This document shows, one piece after another, positions 1 through 10,938 of a stretch of 64,000 bases of DNA. The notes beneath the pieces were generated by a model that made no database searches, was not told the origin of the DNA, and saw only the letters and a list, made by a program, of their open reading frames with translations. The position numbers were made by a program, and so were the translations under genes. The DNA lies in the NCBI GenBank assembly GCA_964606745.1, contig CAZSHJ010000003.1, positions 4,806-68,805 on the forward strand, written 5' to 3'. The number at the start of each line of letters is the position of its first letter. Position 1 is the first letter of the stretch. The stretch comes from an uncultured Thermoplasmatales archaeon (GTDB lineage: Archaea > Thermoplasmatota > E2 > UBA202 > DSCA01).

Positions 1-30
1 TATACAGATAGTAGCGTCCATAACTTTTCC

Positions 31-1077
31 ATGACAAATATCGCAGGAACAGATGCACACTATTACAATGCATCTTATTCCTTACAAGGCAATTATGAAT
101 ACTTCGTTTGGGCAAATGATACAAGTGGAAATGCAAATACATCGTCTACAAAAACATTTTCGATATTTGTTCCACAATACACCCTCACAACATATGTTGA
201 ACCATCAGGATATGGTTATATCACATTGAATCCATCCGGAGGAACATATGATGAAGGAATCATAGTTACGCTGACAGCCAATCCTGCTTCAGGATACGAA
301 TTCGACCATTGGAGCGGAGATGCAAGCGGAAGCAATCCAACAATACAAATTACAATGAATTCGAATAAAAGCATAACTGCACAATTTTTAGAGACAACTT
401 CACCAAATCATCCTCCAACTGTTGAACTAACTTCTCCAGCTAACGGTTCAATGATGAGTGGAACAGTAAGCATTGCAGGAGCTGCATCCGATACCGATGG
501 AACAGTTCAGAGCGTGCAGGTTAAAATTGATTCGGGCTTGTGGATAAACGCAACAGGAACTACATCATGGAATTATTCGTGGGATACCACTGCCGTTGCA
601 AACGGAAGCCATACCATTTATGCACGAAGCTATGATGGAACGAATTACTCAAACATTTCATCTTTAACAGTGAATGTAAACAACATTCCGCCAAATCATA
701 AACCAACAGTAGAAATCATCTTTCCAAATGATGGAATGGATGTTAAGAAAACATTTACCATTCACGGTACTGCAAGCGATGAGGATGGAGATGAAATTCA
801 GGTGGAGATAAAGATTGGTGACGGAAGTTGGAAAGTCGTTAATGGAACAACAACATGGAATTATACGTGGGATAGCACAAGTGTTGACAATGGAGAATAC
901 AGTATACAAGTAAGAAGTTATGATGGACATGAATATTCAAGCATTGACTCAATAATGGTTAAAGTGAATAATAAAAAAGAAGGCGGTGGTACTCCTGGCT
1001 TTGAATTTATTGCTTTGCTTGTAGCTCTGACTTCTGTGCTGATATGGGGGAGAAAAAGGAACGGCAATAAGTTTTAA
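31..1077 (+). CDS. Secreted surface protein with Ig/PKD-like repeats and a C-terminal PGF-CTERM archaeosortase sorting signal. The 5' end is truncated by the window edge.
   Basis: Repeated ~90-aa modules (TVELTSPANGS.../TVEIIFPNDG...; WNYSWDTT.../WNYTWDST...). The C-terminus GTPGFEFIALLVALTSVLIWGRKRNGNKF has a PGF motif, a TM helix and a basic tail. The ORF reaches the window edge with no upstream stop. Confidence 0.7.
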   Translation: MTNIAGTDAHYYNASYSLQGNYEYFVWANDTSGNANTSSTKTFSIFVPQYTLTTYVEPSGYGYITLNPSGGTYDEGIIVTLTANPASGYEFDHWSGDASGSNPTIQITMNSNKSITAQFLETTSPNHPPTVELTSPANGSMMSGTVSIAGAASDTDGTVQSVQVKIDSGLWINATGTTSWNYSWDTTAVANGSHTIYARSYDGTNYSNISSLTVNVNNIPPNHKPTVEIIFPNDGMDVKKTFTIHGTASDEDGDEIQVEIKIGDGSWKVVNGTTTWNYTWDSTSVDNGEYSIQVRSYDGHEYSSIDSIMVKVNNKKEGGGTPGFEFIALLVALTSVLIWGRKRNGNKF

Positions 1078-1083
1078 CCCTTC

Positions 1084-1575
1084 CTATCTCTTGTAACCTA
1101 TATTTCTCAAGAATTCCTTTCTATCTCTTATTTCATTATCGCCTTCAAAGCCCTTCGGCATGTAACCGTCGATGACTCCTATGATTCCTCTTCCTTTTTC
1201 ATTCCCAAACTCGCTTTCTGCAACCAGAACTTTCGTCGGGTTGGCGGTTGCACAGTAAATCCTGCAAACCTCCGGGGCATTCTTGATTGCGTTGAGTACA
1301 TTGATTGGAAAGCATTTTTCCATGAAAATGATGAATGAATGCCCTGCACCTATCCTCATAGCGTTCTCCATAGCCAGTTTTTTTAATCCTTCATCATTTC
1401 CCTCCGACCTGATTAGGCAGGGGCCCGATGCCTCACAGAATGCAATACCAAATTTTGCATTCGGGACATTCATCATTGCTTCGTACAAATCCTCCACGCT
1501 TTTTATAAAATGCGTCTGTCCAAGAATGAAATTCATATCTTCCGGCTTTTTAATATCCACTTCTTTTATTTCCAT
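1084..1575 (-). CDS. Conserved archaeal ~160-aa cytoplasmic protein. It may belong to the 'adenosine-specific kinase'-like family; function uncertain.
   Basis: Clean 163-aa ORF with conserved-looking blocks (CATANPTKVLVAE, GRGIIGVIDG). Family assignment is from memory only. Confidence 0.3.
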   Translation of the reverse strand: MEIKEVDIKKPEDMNFILGQTHFIKSVEDLYEAMMNVPNAKFGIAFCEASGPCLIRSEGNDEGLKKLAMENAMRIGAGHSFIIFMEKCFPINVLNAIKNAPEVCRIYCATANPTKVLVAESEFGNEKGRGIIGVIDGYMPKGFEGDNEIRDRKEFLRNIGYKR

Positions 1576-1783
1576 CTTGTCACCATAAATATATGTCCTT
1601 CGTGTTTTTAACTTTTTAATATTGGTATGAAATGATGACAGCTACCAATCTATTCGGAAGGAAAGAAAAAATAAAAATGGGGGCATTGGTATCTTCTCTT
1701 GGCCGGAGCATTCAATCTCTCTTTTCATTTATTATATTGATGGCGATTGTAATTGTGCAACTGTGCAAATTCGAAAAAGTATT

Positions 1784-2305
1784 TCATTCAGGCGGCAGGT
1801 AATCCTCCATAATCTCTACCACTTCTTTGCTTGTTTTCGCATTTCTGTATCTCTCCAGCGGCTCCTTGTTTAATTCAAGGAAGTGCGGCCCCCACTTGAA
1901 TTTATTCATCAACTTATTCGCCCCTTCCGTCGCTCCCAGAATATAGAGGGCAGCAGCAAAAGCCTCTGCGGTTGTGAGTCGGAGCGGTCTTCCGTAATTT
2001 ACGGGGTTTGCAGCAACGAGATAGGGCAAAGCCCTGGCATTTTCATTCCTTATTTTTGAGAACACTTCCTCGGCATTTTTCCATGAGCAATCTACCGATG
2101 TTATGCCCTCGAAATTTTTATCCTCATGTGATAAAGCCTTTTTCGAGAAAGGGCTGAGTAACAAATTGTCATGCGGAATCATTCTCAGATGTTTGACCAT
2201 GTTCACCATCCCGAATTTCGCAAGTTTTTTTGCCGTGCATTTTTTAGGGTCGTCCTGTCCGAGGTGGTATACGATTAAATCGTACTTTGTATGGTTGATT
2301 TCCAC
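1784..2305 (-). CDS. tsr3: Tsr3-like 16S rRNA aminocarboxypropyltransferase (DUF367).
   Basis: 173 aa. The N-terminal block YHLGQDDPKKCTAKKLAKFG and the block RLTTAEAFAAALYILG are typical of archaeal Tsr3. Confidence 0.65.
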   Translation of the reverse strand: MEINHTKYDLIVYHLGQDDPKKCTAKKLAKFGMVNMVKHLRMIPHDNLLLSPFSKKALSHEDKNFEGITSVDCSWKNAEEVFSKIRNENARALPYLVAANPVNYGRPLRLTTAEAFAAALYILGATEGANKLMNKFKWGPHFLELNKEPLERYRNAKTSKEVVEIMEDYLPPE

Positions 2306-2414
2306 GATGTTTTAACATCCATGCATTTATTAATTCTGCGAGGAAGTGAGTCCTTTCAAGAATCGAAAAGCCTTTTATGTCCAACAATCATAATTTCATA
2401 GGGAATAAGTAGCC

Positions 2415-3515
2415 TCATGTCTCATATCCCTTCTCTGCAAGCTTTTCTGGCAAATAGGTGTCCGTCACATAATCCAGACCGTATTTTGCCAGGGCCTGTT
2501 GTTCGGACTTCTTCTTCATCTTGAGCTGCAGTTTTATCTCGCTTTCCCAGAATTCATCGTGAAAGCGGGGGTCCGAAAGCTCTGACTTCAGGGCGGATAT
2601 ATCTTCGTTGGTCAAATCGTCTGTTGGAAGTTCATAGTTGAGGATATCGGAGGGTGTAATCCCGAGAAATTCTGCCGAGGGCGTCGCGAGATACTCGGAT
2701 ATATGTGCAGTTTTTATCGCTCCGTAGGCAACCGATGCAAATATGCGGTATGACCACGGATCGCCGTCAGTAAATACAATCACCGGCAGATTTTTTTCCT
2801 CGTTAATCCTTTTTATGAATCTCCTTGTTGAGCGGGCGGGTTGCCCCTTGAGGTGGACAAGTATGGCATTCTTTTCCTCGTCGAATCCGTTTTCCACCAG
2901 CCGGTCGAACATACCGCCGGTTTCTATGGCAATTACGAGTTTTGCGTTTGTATCCCTGATTTTCAGTTTCTCCCTCTCCACATTGTACGGTATGGAATAG
3001 CCACTGTCGCCGACATCATCCTGGCAGTGTATTCTCCTTTTTTCTCCCTTTCTTGTTATCTCTTCTACGCTCAGGTCACCCATCACTCTTGCCCCGTCCT
3101 CCTCCGGCCTCAGGCCCATATCCTCCCTCAACTTCTTCGTAAGTATTTCAAGGTCTTCTGCCAGCCGGTCGGAGTCGCCCTGTGAAGAAAATTTTCCCTC
3201 GCTCCACCCTTCTGAGATATAGTACATTTCCCTCAAAGTCGATGACTTGTGCTGCTCTATCATCTTTTTGATAAAGTCTATGGTATAGACAGTGCGGAGG
3301 AGCATGTACGCCCCGGGCAGGGATACGGCCGAGCGGGTGGACTTATTTCTTCCATATTTCCAGACCCTGTGTCTCTCATCAAATGCGATATTTGATTTTG
3401 TTCTAGAGGGTATTTCAAGCTCGGGTATCCTTGAATTGTCGAGGTCGTCGTATATTTCCCCGGCTATTTTCATCATTTCCTTTACAGCGGCCCTCCTGCG
3501 TTCTTCCATTGTCAT
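2415..3515 (-). CDS. top6A: DNA topoisomerase VI subunit A (Spo11-like).
   Basis: 366 aa. A winged-helix region is followed by a Toprim block [21 protein letters not shown]. The gene lies immediately downstream of top6B with stop and start 1 bp apart. Confidence 0.9.
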   Translation of the reverse strand: MTMEERRRAAVKEMMKIAGEIYDDLDNSRIPELEIPSRTKSNIAFDERHRVWKYGRNKSTRSAVSLPGAYMLLRTVYTIDFIKKMIEQHKSSTLREMYYISEGWSEGKFSSQGDSDRLAEDLEILTKKLREDMGLRPEEDGARVMGDLSVEEITRKGEKRRIHCQDDVGDSGYSIPYNVEREKLKIRDTNAKLVIAIETGGMFDRLVENGFDEEKNAILVHLKGQPARSTRRFIKRINEEKNLPVIVFTDGDPWSYRIFASVAYGAIKTAHISEYLATPSAEFLGITPSDILNYELPTDDLTNEDISALKSELSDPRFHDEFWESEIKLQLKMKKKSEQQALAKYGLDYVTDTYLPEKLAEKGYET

Positions 3516-3516
3516 T

Positions 3517-5385
3517 TTAACTTCCCTCCCATTTTTCCGCTCCTATAACATTCACTGGATCGATTCCCCTTATGTACAAACTATTCTCGTCAAAATCTCC
3601 CTTCTCCATTCCGAGCATATGGAATGATAGTTCTCTCTTCTCGGCAGGCTTCAATCCATCTATTTTCCACATTATATACCCTCTTTTTATCTCGTCTGCC
3701 GCGGGGTTCACTCCTCCCAGCAATCCTTCATCTGGAAGGGCGGCATACAGTTCGAAACTCTGAATCTTGTTTTTGTAGTTCGTGATTGAAATGGTGCTCA
3801 CTATCTTTCCTTCCACGTACTGTACTCCATCATCAATCCATACGATATTCATTATTTTTGTGATGACACCCTCTATGGACGGGACGGCTTTTTCAAGTAC
3901 CTCCGATGATTTTTTTGCAATTTCGGGCAAAATTTGTGATATGAGCATGAATTTATTCTTTGCCTTCACCTTCTTTTTCTTCTTTGAGAGGTGGCTTTTC
4001 ATTTTCCGGGCGCACTGCCGCAGGGACAATTGTATCTCCCTCTCTATTTCGTCGATATTGGCAATTGCTTCTTTTGATTCCGACGTGAAGGGTATGTTCA
4101 CCGACGAAATGTGGACAAGTATTATAGCGGGACCGAAAGGAATGCCCTTTCCACTCCGTTGCTGCAGGCCGTAGTGGCGCCAGTCCATATTTTTTATTCC
4201 CTTGGTTATTACGCAGTCGCCCTCCTGGTAAAGAAGTGGAACACGGTTTGCAAATCTGAAGATTTCAACCCTCTCCTCGGATGGCAGATTTCCGCCGTAG
4301 ACTATGCCGGTCTCGACAAGAAAAGGAATACCAGAGTGTACGCTCGGGTTTCTCTTGTCGGTAGAGATGAATTCTGGGGAGAGTGTGTCCATTTCCTTTC
4401 TCAATCCTCTCTTTATCAGGATTTCTCCTATCGGGGAGAGGCAATCTGTTGGGGGGCCCATCAATTTAACTTTTTTGAAGGCATTGGCAACTTTTTTTGC
4501 ATTCTCAAGGGAAATCTTATTCGGGTTGAACGATTGGTCAAGTTCCGCAATCTCTATTATTTTTTTTGCCTTCTGAATACTGATTGATGAGAACTCGCCT
4601 GAAAGAAACGAGGTAAGTTTTCTCGCTTTTGTCTCCTTTGCCATCTTTATGAGTGTCCCGAGTTCTATCCCGTACGGATGGGGTTTTATTTCCCTCGGCT
4701 GGGATGGTAATTTGTCTGTAACTCTTTCAAAAACGGTTTCATTCCCGTTCGGTTCGATGAACGTTATCTCGGCATGGGGATTCACTATGGCGGTACTTCT
4801 GAGGTATCCGTATGCTGACTGCTTCCTGTTCCTTACGTACATTCCCCCCATCGACAGCTCTATCCGTGTTCCGCTGTTTCTCTCCCAGTGTGTCATCTCA
4901 TCATGCAGTATCTCCGGGCGATTCTTCTTTGTATCTATAACAAGGGTGCATCGATGGGCAGGGAAACCCTCCCCGATTTTTGATGTTACCACAGTCGGCT
5001 TGCCGGTTGTAAGCTGAGAGTAAAGCACGGCCGCTGATATTCCTATTCCTTGCTGCCCTCTTGATTGTTTTAGACTATGAAATCGAGAGCCGTAAAGAAG
5101 GCGGGCAAAAACGTGGGGTATCTGTTTCCTTACTATTCCGGGGCCGTTATCTTCAACTATTATGAGATATTCATTGTCACTTGTTTCCCGTATTTCAACG
5201 AATATATCGGGCAGTATTCCCGCTTCTTCACATGCATCTAGGGCGTTATCAACAGCCTCCTTTACTGAAGTTATCAAAGCCCTGGTCGAGGTGCCGAAAC
5301 CCAGTATCTGTTTGTTTCGTTCAAAAAATTCTGCTACGGATATTTTTCTTTGATTTTTGGCAAGTCCCTCTGCTATAGAATGCAT
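3517..5385 (-). CDS. top6B: DNA topoisomerase VI subunit B (GHKL ATPase).
   Basis: 622 aa. Bergerat-fold motifs [12 protein letters not shown] and [10 protein letters not shown] are present. The gene forms an operon with top6A. Confidence 0.9.
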   Translation of the reverse strand: MHSIAEGLAKNQRKISVAEFFERNKQILGFGTSTRALITSVKEAVDNALDACEEAGILPDIFVEIRETSDNEYLIIVEDNGPGIVRKQIPHVFARLLYGSRFHSLKQSRGQQGIGISAAVLYSQLTTGKPTVVTSKIGEGFPAHRCTLVIDTKKNRPEILHDEMTHWERNSGTRIELSMGGMYVRNRKQSAYGYLRSTAIVNPHAEITFIEPNGNETVFERVTDKLPSQPREIKPHPYGIELGTLIKMAKETKARKLTSFLSGEFSSISIQKAKKIIEIAELDQSFNPNKISLENAKKVANAFKKVKLMGPPTDCLSPIGEILIKRGLRKEMDTLSPEFISTDKRNPSVHSGIPFLVETGIVYGGNLPSEERVEIFRFANRVPLLYQEGDCVITKGIKNMDWRHYGLQQRSGKGIPFGPAIILVHISSVNIPFTSESKEAIANIDEIEREIQLSLRQCARKMKSHLSKKKKKVKAKNKFMLISQILPEIAKKSSEVLEKAVPSIEGVITKIMNIVWIDDGVQYVEGKIVSTISITNYKNKIQSFELYAALPDEGLLGGVNPAADEIKRGYIMWKIDGLKPAEKRELSFHMLGMEKGDFDENSLYIRGIDPVNVIGAEKWEGS

Positions 5386-5420
5386 CCGTCGATATAACCA
5401 TACGATTTATAAAATATTTA

Positions 5421-6284
5421 CTACTCCGTAAGCCCCTCTGGTTGCTTGAATTTGCTGAAGGCATATGCCGCCTTTTCCACGTATTCACTGTTGCTCCTGA
5501 ACCACTTTTCCCATCCCTCGAGTTTTTCGTTAGCTTCCTTCAGTTCCTTGTTCAAATCCTCGTATACCTTGTATAATTTCGCCAGCCGTTCCTGTTCTTT
5601 TTTGTACAGTCCTTCTATTTCATCGTATTTTTTCTTGTATCCTACATAATCTTTCAGCGGCTCTAGATTCTCCACTTTCTTCCTCAGAATTTCCGCTTCT
5701 TTTTTGTAGGGCAAATATTTACTCAAATCCTCAACTTCCTTCTCCAGCCTCGCCTTTGTTGTCTTTTCCCTGTCCAGTTCCGTCTGCAACCTTCCTTTTT
5801 CTGACTTGTACTCCCTCAGTTCGCTCTCAAGATTCTCCACCTTCTTCCTATCCTCCTCAAGTTCTTTCAGAGTTTTAACTTTTTTCTCTAAATCTGCAGT
5901 TACATTCTCCTGCTCCGAGAGTTTCTTCTTCCATTCCTCTGCCTCCTTCTTTTCTTTTGATATGTCATCTTCCTGTTTTTTGTAGGCGTCCCATAACTTC
6001 TCGAGGCGAATCTGTTCCATCTCCAGTTCTTTTCTGTACTTTTCCATGTCGCTAAAAGCACTTATTGACCTTTCATCCGCATCTCTTGTCTTTTTCTCCA
6101 TCGAGTCAAGCATCTGGAACAGTCGTTCCATCCTGTTTACATCAATAAGACTCTTAACCTTTTCAAAAATCTCCTTTTCCTTGTAAGAGCCCTGAGCAAT
6201 AGAATCAATTTCTGATAAAATCTCTTTAAAGTTATCCTTTATTCTCTCTATATCCTTACCGTAAATAATACCCATATCTGCCAT
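5421..6284 (-). CDS. Lys/Glu-rich coiled-coil protein of unknown function.
   Basis: 287 aa with heptad-like K/E/L repeats throughout and no catalytic motif. Confidence 0.4.
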   Translation of the reverse strand: MADMGIIYGKDIERIKDNFKEILSEIDSIAQGSYKEKEIFEKVKSLIDVNRMERLFQMLDSMEKKTRDADERSISAFSDMEKYRKELEMEQIRLEKLWDAYKKQEDDISKEKKEAEEWKKKLSEQENVTADLEKKVKTLKELEEDRKKVENLESELREYKSEKGRLQTELDREKTTKARLEKEVEDLSKYLPYKKEAEILRKKVENLEPLKDYVGYKKKYDEIEGLYKKEQERLAKLYKVYEDLNKELKEANEKLEGWEKWFRSNSEYVEKAAYAFSKFKQPEGLTE

Positions 6285-6318
6285 TTTATCAGCACTTAAA
6301 GAATGATATTCTGCATAT

Positions 6319-7011
6319 TTAAAACTTCCTTAGCCATTTTTTTCTGTAAGCATCTTTTAGTGCCTTTCTGCCCAGCATGTAGGGCTGGACTGCCTTTTTT
6401 GTATAGTTATATATGAACAGCGAATAGATTGCCATTGCAGCCACAATATACACCGATGACCTGAAAAACATGGCAGGCCATACCGCAAGTCCCATCAAGG
6501 AGGCGACAAGAAGGTATTTCATTTTTTGCCTTTTTTTAATGCCTGTGCCTATCCACATGGCGGTTGAGCAACTTAGAAGTAAAACCGATATGGAAATTAC
6601 TGTTGCATAAAGGCCCTGCAGTGAAAGTAGTGATGATGTGCCCCTCAACAGTATCACTCCGAATGGGGACGCAAACCCAAGGCCGAGAGAGGCACCGTAC
6701 AGAATAACACCCTCTTCGTCTTGGAACTTCGGCAGGTTCAAAACAACAAGTTTTGACAGACTTTCGAAAAATGAAAATATGAATGAAACGATTAAAATGA
6801 TGTCTATTGCCTGCATCAGCAGGTCATAGTTGAACATCGTGAGGAACCAGATTTCCATGAAGTATACCAGCGTGCCCATTGCTATCCCTCCTATAAATGT
6901 CAGGAATATATAGTGTTCCTTGAATTTCCCCTCATACTCTCCGAGCGTCACATAGAGGATGAAAAGTGCAGGTATTATGCCAATCGGCAGCAAGGCCGAG
7001 CCAATATCCAT
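6319..7011 (-). CDS. Polytopic integral membrane protein. It could be a PrsW/CPBP-type intramembrane protease-like protein.
   Basis: 230 aa with ~7 hydrophobic helices. A GEYEGKF / ESLSK pattern weakly resembles PrsW motifs. Confidence 0.35.
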   Translation of the reverse strand: MDIGSALLPIGIIPALFILYVTLGEYEGKFKEHYIFLTFIGGIAMGTLVYFMEIWFLTMFNYDLLMQAIDIILIVSFIFSFFESLSKLVVLNLPKFQDEEGVILYGASLGLGFASPFGVILLRGTSSLLSLQGLYATVISISVLLLSCSTAMWIGTGIKKRQKMKYLLVASLMGLAVWPAMFFRSSVYIVAAMAIYSLFIYNYTKKAVQPYMLGRKALKDAYRKKWLRKF

Positions 7012-7096
7012 GGGAATGTAACATTCAGTGTTATTTAGTAATTTTTGGCGATTTGCTATGGTAAATTAAATAATACGAAATACATTACCATATACG

Positions 7097-7939
7097 ATGC
7101 ATGATAAAGAATTGATAAAGGATTTGCAGAGAAAAGCTCTTCTTATAAGGAAGTATGTTGTCGATTCCGTTTATAGGGCGGGCTCGGGCCACCCCGGCGG
7201 AAGTCTGTCAATAGCAGATATACTGGCATGTCTTTATTTTCATGAGATGGGGCATGACCCGAAAAATCCCAGATGGCCGGACAGAGACAGATTTGTATTA
7301 TCCAAGGGTCATGCCTCACCTGCTTTATATGCTGCACTTGCCATGGCGGGATATTTCTCTGTTGATGAGCTGAAGAATCTGCGAAAAACGGGACATTTCT
7401 TGCAGGGTCATCCTTGCATGAAGAAGGTTCCGGGGGTGGATATGTCCACCGGCTCATTGGGTCAGGGGCTCAGTGCAGGTATTGGAATGGCAATTGCAAG
7501 CAAACTGGACAAGAAGGATTACAGAGTCTTCGTTTTAATGGGAGACGGGGAGATAGAGGAAGGACAGATATGGGAAGCCGCTGCTTCCGCATCTCATCAC
7601 TCACTGGACAACATTATAGCAATTCTGGACAGAAACGGATTGCAGATAGACGGCCATACGGAAGAAATACTCAATCTTGAACCGCTTAAGTGGCGGTGGA
7701 GGGCATTCGGGTGGGATGTGATAGAAATAGACGGGCACAACATCGAGGAAATACTTGATGCTCTTCACGAGGCGGATAAAAACGATAAACCAACCCTTAT
7801 AATTGCATATACCATAAAGGGCAAGGGTGTCTCGTTTATGGAGGGGAGTTTATCCTTTCATGGAAAACCGCCCTCCGACGAGCAGTATGTAAAAGCCATG
7901 AGCGAACTAAATCAGGCAGAGGAGGAATTAAATGGTTAG
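7097..7939 (+). CDS. Transketolase, N-terminal (TPP-binding) subunit.
   Basis: 280 aa with GHPGGSLS, the GDGEIEEGQ TPP motif and the SLDNIIAILDRNG block. This is the archaeal split transketolase arrangement. Confidence 0.9.
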   Translation: MHDKELIKDLQRKALLIRKYVVDSVYRAGSGHPGGSLSIADILACLYFHEMGHDPKNPRWPDRDRFVLSKGHASPALYAALAMAGYFSVDELKNLRKTGHFLQGHPCMKKVPGVDMSTGSLGQGLSAGIGMAIASKLDKKDYRVFVLMGDGEIEEGQIWEAAASASHHSLDNIIAILDRNGLQIDGHTEEILNLEPLKWRWRAFGWDVIEIDGHNIEEILDALHEADKNDKPTLIIAYTIKGKGVSFMEGSLSFHGKPPSDEQYVKAMSELNQAEEELNG

Positions 7940-8891
7940 CGCGAAAATTACGGACAAGATGAGAAATTTGAGGGACGGTTATAGTTCCGCATTGATAAAG
8001 CTCGGCTACGAAAATGAGAATGTGGTTGTGCTTGATGCAGATTTAGCCCTTTCTACAAAAACGAAGCGATTCGGCACCATCTTTTCCGAACGATTTTTTG
8101 ACTGCGGTATCTCCGAGGCAAACATGATGGGTATGGCCGCAGGCCTTGCGACATGCGGGAAAATAGCGTTTGCATCCTCCTTTGCGGTCTTTGCAACGGG
8201 GCGGTGTTATGACCAGATAAGGCAGTCGGTAGCATATCCCGAGTTGAATGTGAAAATCGTGGCGACGCATGCAGGTATATCCGTGGGCGGCGACGGGGCG
8301 AGCCACCAGATGCTTGAGGACATGGCATTGATGCGTGCCCTGCCGAACATGCGAGTTATCGCTCCGGCGGATGCAATAGAGGTTGAGGACGTTGTACCCG
8401 CCATCGCATCTTATCCTGGGCCTTTTTACGTTCGCATGGGGCGAGCCAATGCTCCTGTACTTTTCAGAAGGCATACAAAATTTAAGGTGGGAAAGGCAAA
8501 ACTGCTGAGGAACGGAGATGACATCACAATAATATCAACCGGGACGATGACCGCCGAGGCATTGAGAGCATACGGGTTACTGAAGGAGGAAGGCATCGGT
8601 GCAAGGGTAGTCCACATGCCGACGGTGAAGCCCGTGGACAGGAGGGCAGTGATGAAAGCGGCTGACGATACGGGACTCATAATTACCTGCGAGGAACATT
8701 CGGTAATCGGCGGGCTGGGAGGCGCTGTCTCGAGAGCGATGAGCGAGGACCCTGTGCCCATGACAAGAATAGGCATAAATGACACGTTCGGCGAATCCGG
8801 GGAGGCGGCCGAGCTGGTGAGAAAGTACGGTATGACGGCGGACAACATAGCGGGGACTGCAAAGAAAATGATAAAGGAAAAGAAGGGTTAG
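7932..8891 (+). CDS. Transketolase, C-terminal (pyrimidine-binding) subunit.
   Basis: 319 aa. It overlaps the N-terminal subunit by 8 bp. FGESG and a transketolase C-terminal domain are present. Confidence 0.9.
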   Translation: MVSAKITDKMRNLRDGYSSALIKLGYENENVVVLDADLALSTKTKRFGTIFSERFFDCGISEANMMGMAAGLATCGKIAFASSFAVFATGRCYDQIRQSVAYPELNVKIVATHAGISVGGDGASHQMLEDMALMRALPNMRVIAPADAIEVEDVVPAIASYPGPFYVRMGRANAPVLFRRHTKFKVGKAKLLRNGDDITIISTGTMTAEALRAYGLLKEEGIGARVVHMPTVKPVDRRAVMKAADDTGLIITCEEHSVIGGLGGAVSRAMSEDPVPMTRIGINDTFGESGEAAELVRKYGMTADNIAGTAKKMIKEKKG

Positions 8892-9027
8892 AGATTGAAT
8901 ATTTCTGATATTATTCCTTTCCCAAATATTTGAACAAGCCAGTCAAATATTTTTTCAATATATGTCCCTATCGCCTCTAAACACATCATATATTGTGGGT
9001 TTAAAAGAAAAAGGAATAGATAAAATC

Positions 9028-10920
9028 CTAGGGGTAGCCACCGATTTTCAGGCTTGGGTCTCCAAGCAAACACCATTCCTCTATTGTTTTCCCATCCTTT
9101 TTATCTGTCATCGGAAACTCTGTAAGATAATACGATATCGCTGCTCCATGAGTCTCTCCGAGAATATCCTTTTCTTCTTCTGTATATAACCTAAAAAATT
9201 CGATATCAATTCTATATCCATAATACTCTATACAATCAGGTATTCCATTTCCATTGGCGTCCCCCGTTCTAGCTGGACCATAAGATGTGCATCCTATGGT
9301 TGCTATTGCTCCACCATCAATTTTACGAGTCAGCCACCAACTGAAACACTCGGGACCGAAGGAAGCATGATTGATTATAGCTGATAAGTTTTCAAAGTCA
9401 AGTAGGTTAAGTAAACTAATATCAAACTTGCTATTACTACAACCACCAATCAAGCAAATTGGATACATATCCTTGTTCTTAAAAAGCATAAATTGAGCTT
9501 CATCGATTCCGATCCACACACTCTCATCCAGAGGAGGATGTGTTGCCCAGCTCATCGGGTTGCCGTGTCCCTCAAAATCCAAAAATCCGCATCCTTCGCT
9601 AACTGCATCAATAATATCTTTGCCCTCAGTCAAAGTGTTATCAGATGTAAAGAGTGTTGAAATTTCAAATCCAACATCTTTAAGATAATCTGCGGCTGCC
9701 AATACGGCAAGTTCTCCGTCATAATATTGGTCACCTGCAAACGAATCTCCTCCTATCCCAACGTATTTCTTAGACCAACTTTCTCCATATGCAGTTGTCT
9801 CATAGGTTATTATTTTCTCGACCATGATATCTACTTCAAATTTATTTCTACATGCCAACCTGCCTACATACACATCAGGATACCAATCAAGGACATCTTT
9901 CCCACCAAAACGCCATTCTCCAAAAATGCCGTTGCCGTTACTATCCCAATCTTCAAATACAATATTTCCATCGTCATACTTATAGATATCAGAGAAATAA
10001 AGATCGCTGAGGAAAAATTTGTCACCATCATTAACATCTAAATAAGAATATCTTACTGGACACCACCATTTGAACTCTTTGACGCCACCATGTCTTCCAC
10101 CGACAAGTAACACGTATTTTATTCCCCACTGTTCTACAGCGTCTTTAATGAAATATTTTACCTTCTCGGCATCATCTCTTCCATTCACCGTGAAATAAGT
10201 GCCTCCGTAAATCTCGCTCAAGGTAACCAACTTTGTTGCAACCCCATAGGTTTCCTTATGATTGACTAAAGGCTGCAAAGCATCACTGAACTCAGATGGG
10301 GCAACAATGAGTAAATCATAGACATCATTCTGCAATAACGGCTTTTCTGAAGGTTCATATGTTACCTTTATTTCCATTTTATTAGTATACATCAATTCAT
10401 TTGATGCAGGGATATATCTGCAAGGAAATGCCTGTATAGAAAGGAAAATGTTATGCCCGTCACTATCCCTTCCAGCCCCAATATTGTATGAGATCCAGTC
10501 TAAAGGATAAAGCTCGGTGCTCTGGTATACTGTTCCTTCTGTTATTTTTGTGTCAGCATTTTCCATATTATGGGAAATCGGCTTGGGTGCTGGTTGTATC
10601 TTTCTATCTAACTGCATTGTGTGGATTTCTGATGTCGTTACCTCCACGTTTTCAATTTTTGTTCCAAAGGGAAATGTCATAACCTCTGTTTTATAAGGCA
10701 ATATCGGAAAGTCTTCATTCATTAGGTAGGCCATATCACTTTCAATAAGTGTGTACTCTTGATTTTCTTTTATTTTTGGTGGTGAAAAATTAATTGAAAA
10801 AACATTTGTTTCGTTATGTTTTCCTTTGGCATCTTCCAAAACAGGTGCATTTATTCCTGCAAGCGTTGATGTTCCTAAGAGCATCACGACAATCACAACC
10901 ACTATTCCCAATTTTTTCAT
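9028..10920 (-). CDS. Secreted clan-CD cysteine peptidase-like protein (C25/gingipain-like), paralog 1.
   Basis: 630 aa with a signal peptide. A His-Gly block FEGHGNP and a Cys block ICLIGGCSNS fit the clan CD dyad. Blocks EKVKYFIKDAVEQWGIKYVLLVGG, DWDSNGNGIF...YPDVYVGRLACRN and the C-terminal LLGDPSLKIGGYP are shared with the 26140..28737 paralog. Confidence 0.6.
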   Translation of the reverse strand: MKKLGIVVVIVVMLLGTSTLAGINAPVLEDAKGKHNETNVFSINFSPPKIKENQEYTLIESDMAYLMNEDFPILPYKTEVMTFPFGTKIENVEVTTSEIHTMQLDRKIQPAPKPISHNMENADTKITEGTVYQSTELYPLDWISYNIGAGRDSDGHNIFLSIQAFPCRYIPASNELMYTNKMEIKVTYEPSEKPLLQNDVYDLLIVAPSEFSDALQPLVNHKETYGVATKLVTLSEIYGGTYFTVNGRDDAEKVKYFIKDAVEQWGIKYVLLVGGRHGGVKEFKWWCPVRYSYLDVNDGDKFFLSDLYFSDIYKYDDGNIVFEDWDSNGNGIFGEWRFGGKDVLDWYPDVYVGRLACRNKFEVDIMVEKIITYETTAYGESWSKKYVGIGGDSFAGDQYYDGELAVLAAADYLKDVGFEISTLFTSDNTLTEGKDIIDAVSEGCGFLDFEGHGNPMSWATHPPLDESVWIGIDEAQFMLFKNKDMYPICLIGGCSNSKFDISLLNLLDFENLSAIINHASFGPECFSWWLTRKIDGGAIATIGCTSYGPARTGDANGNGIPDCIEYYGYRIDIEFFRLYTEEEKDILGETHGAAISYYLTEFPMTDKKDGKTIEEWCLLGDPSLKIGGYP

Positions 10921-10938
10921 TTTATTTCACCTCTTTTT

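Noticed and set aside
5421-6284. Whether the K/E-rich coiled-coil protein is an SMC/Rad50-like ATPase.
   Set aside because: No Walker A/B or signature motif, and only 287 aa. It is left as a generic coiled-coil protein.
8043-8474. A 143-aa antisense ORF within the transketolase C-terminal subunit gene.
   Set aside because: It is opposite a well-supported enzyme gene and is Arg/Cys/His-rich with no motif.
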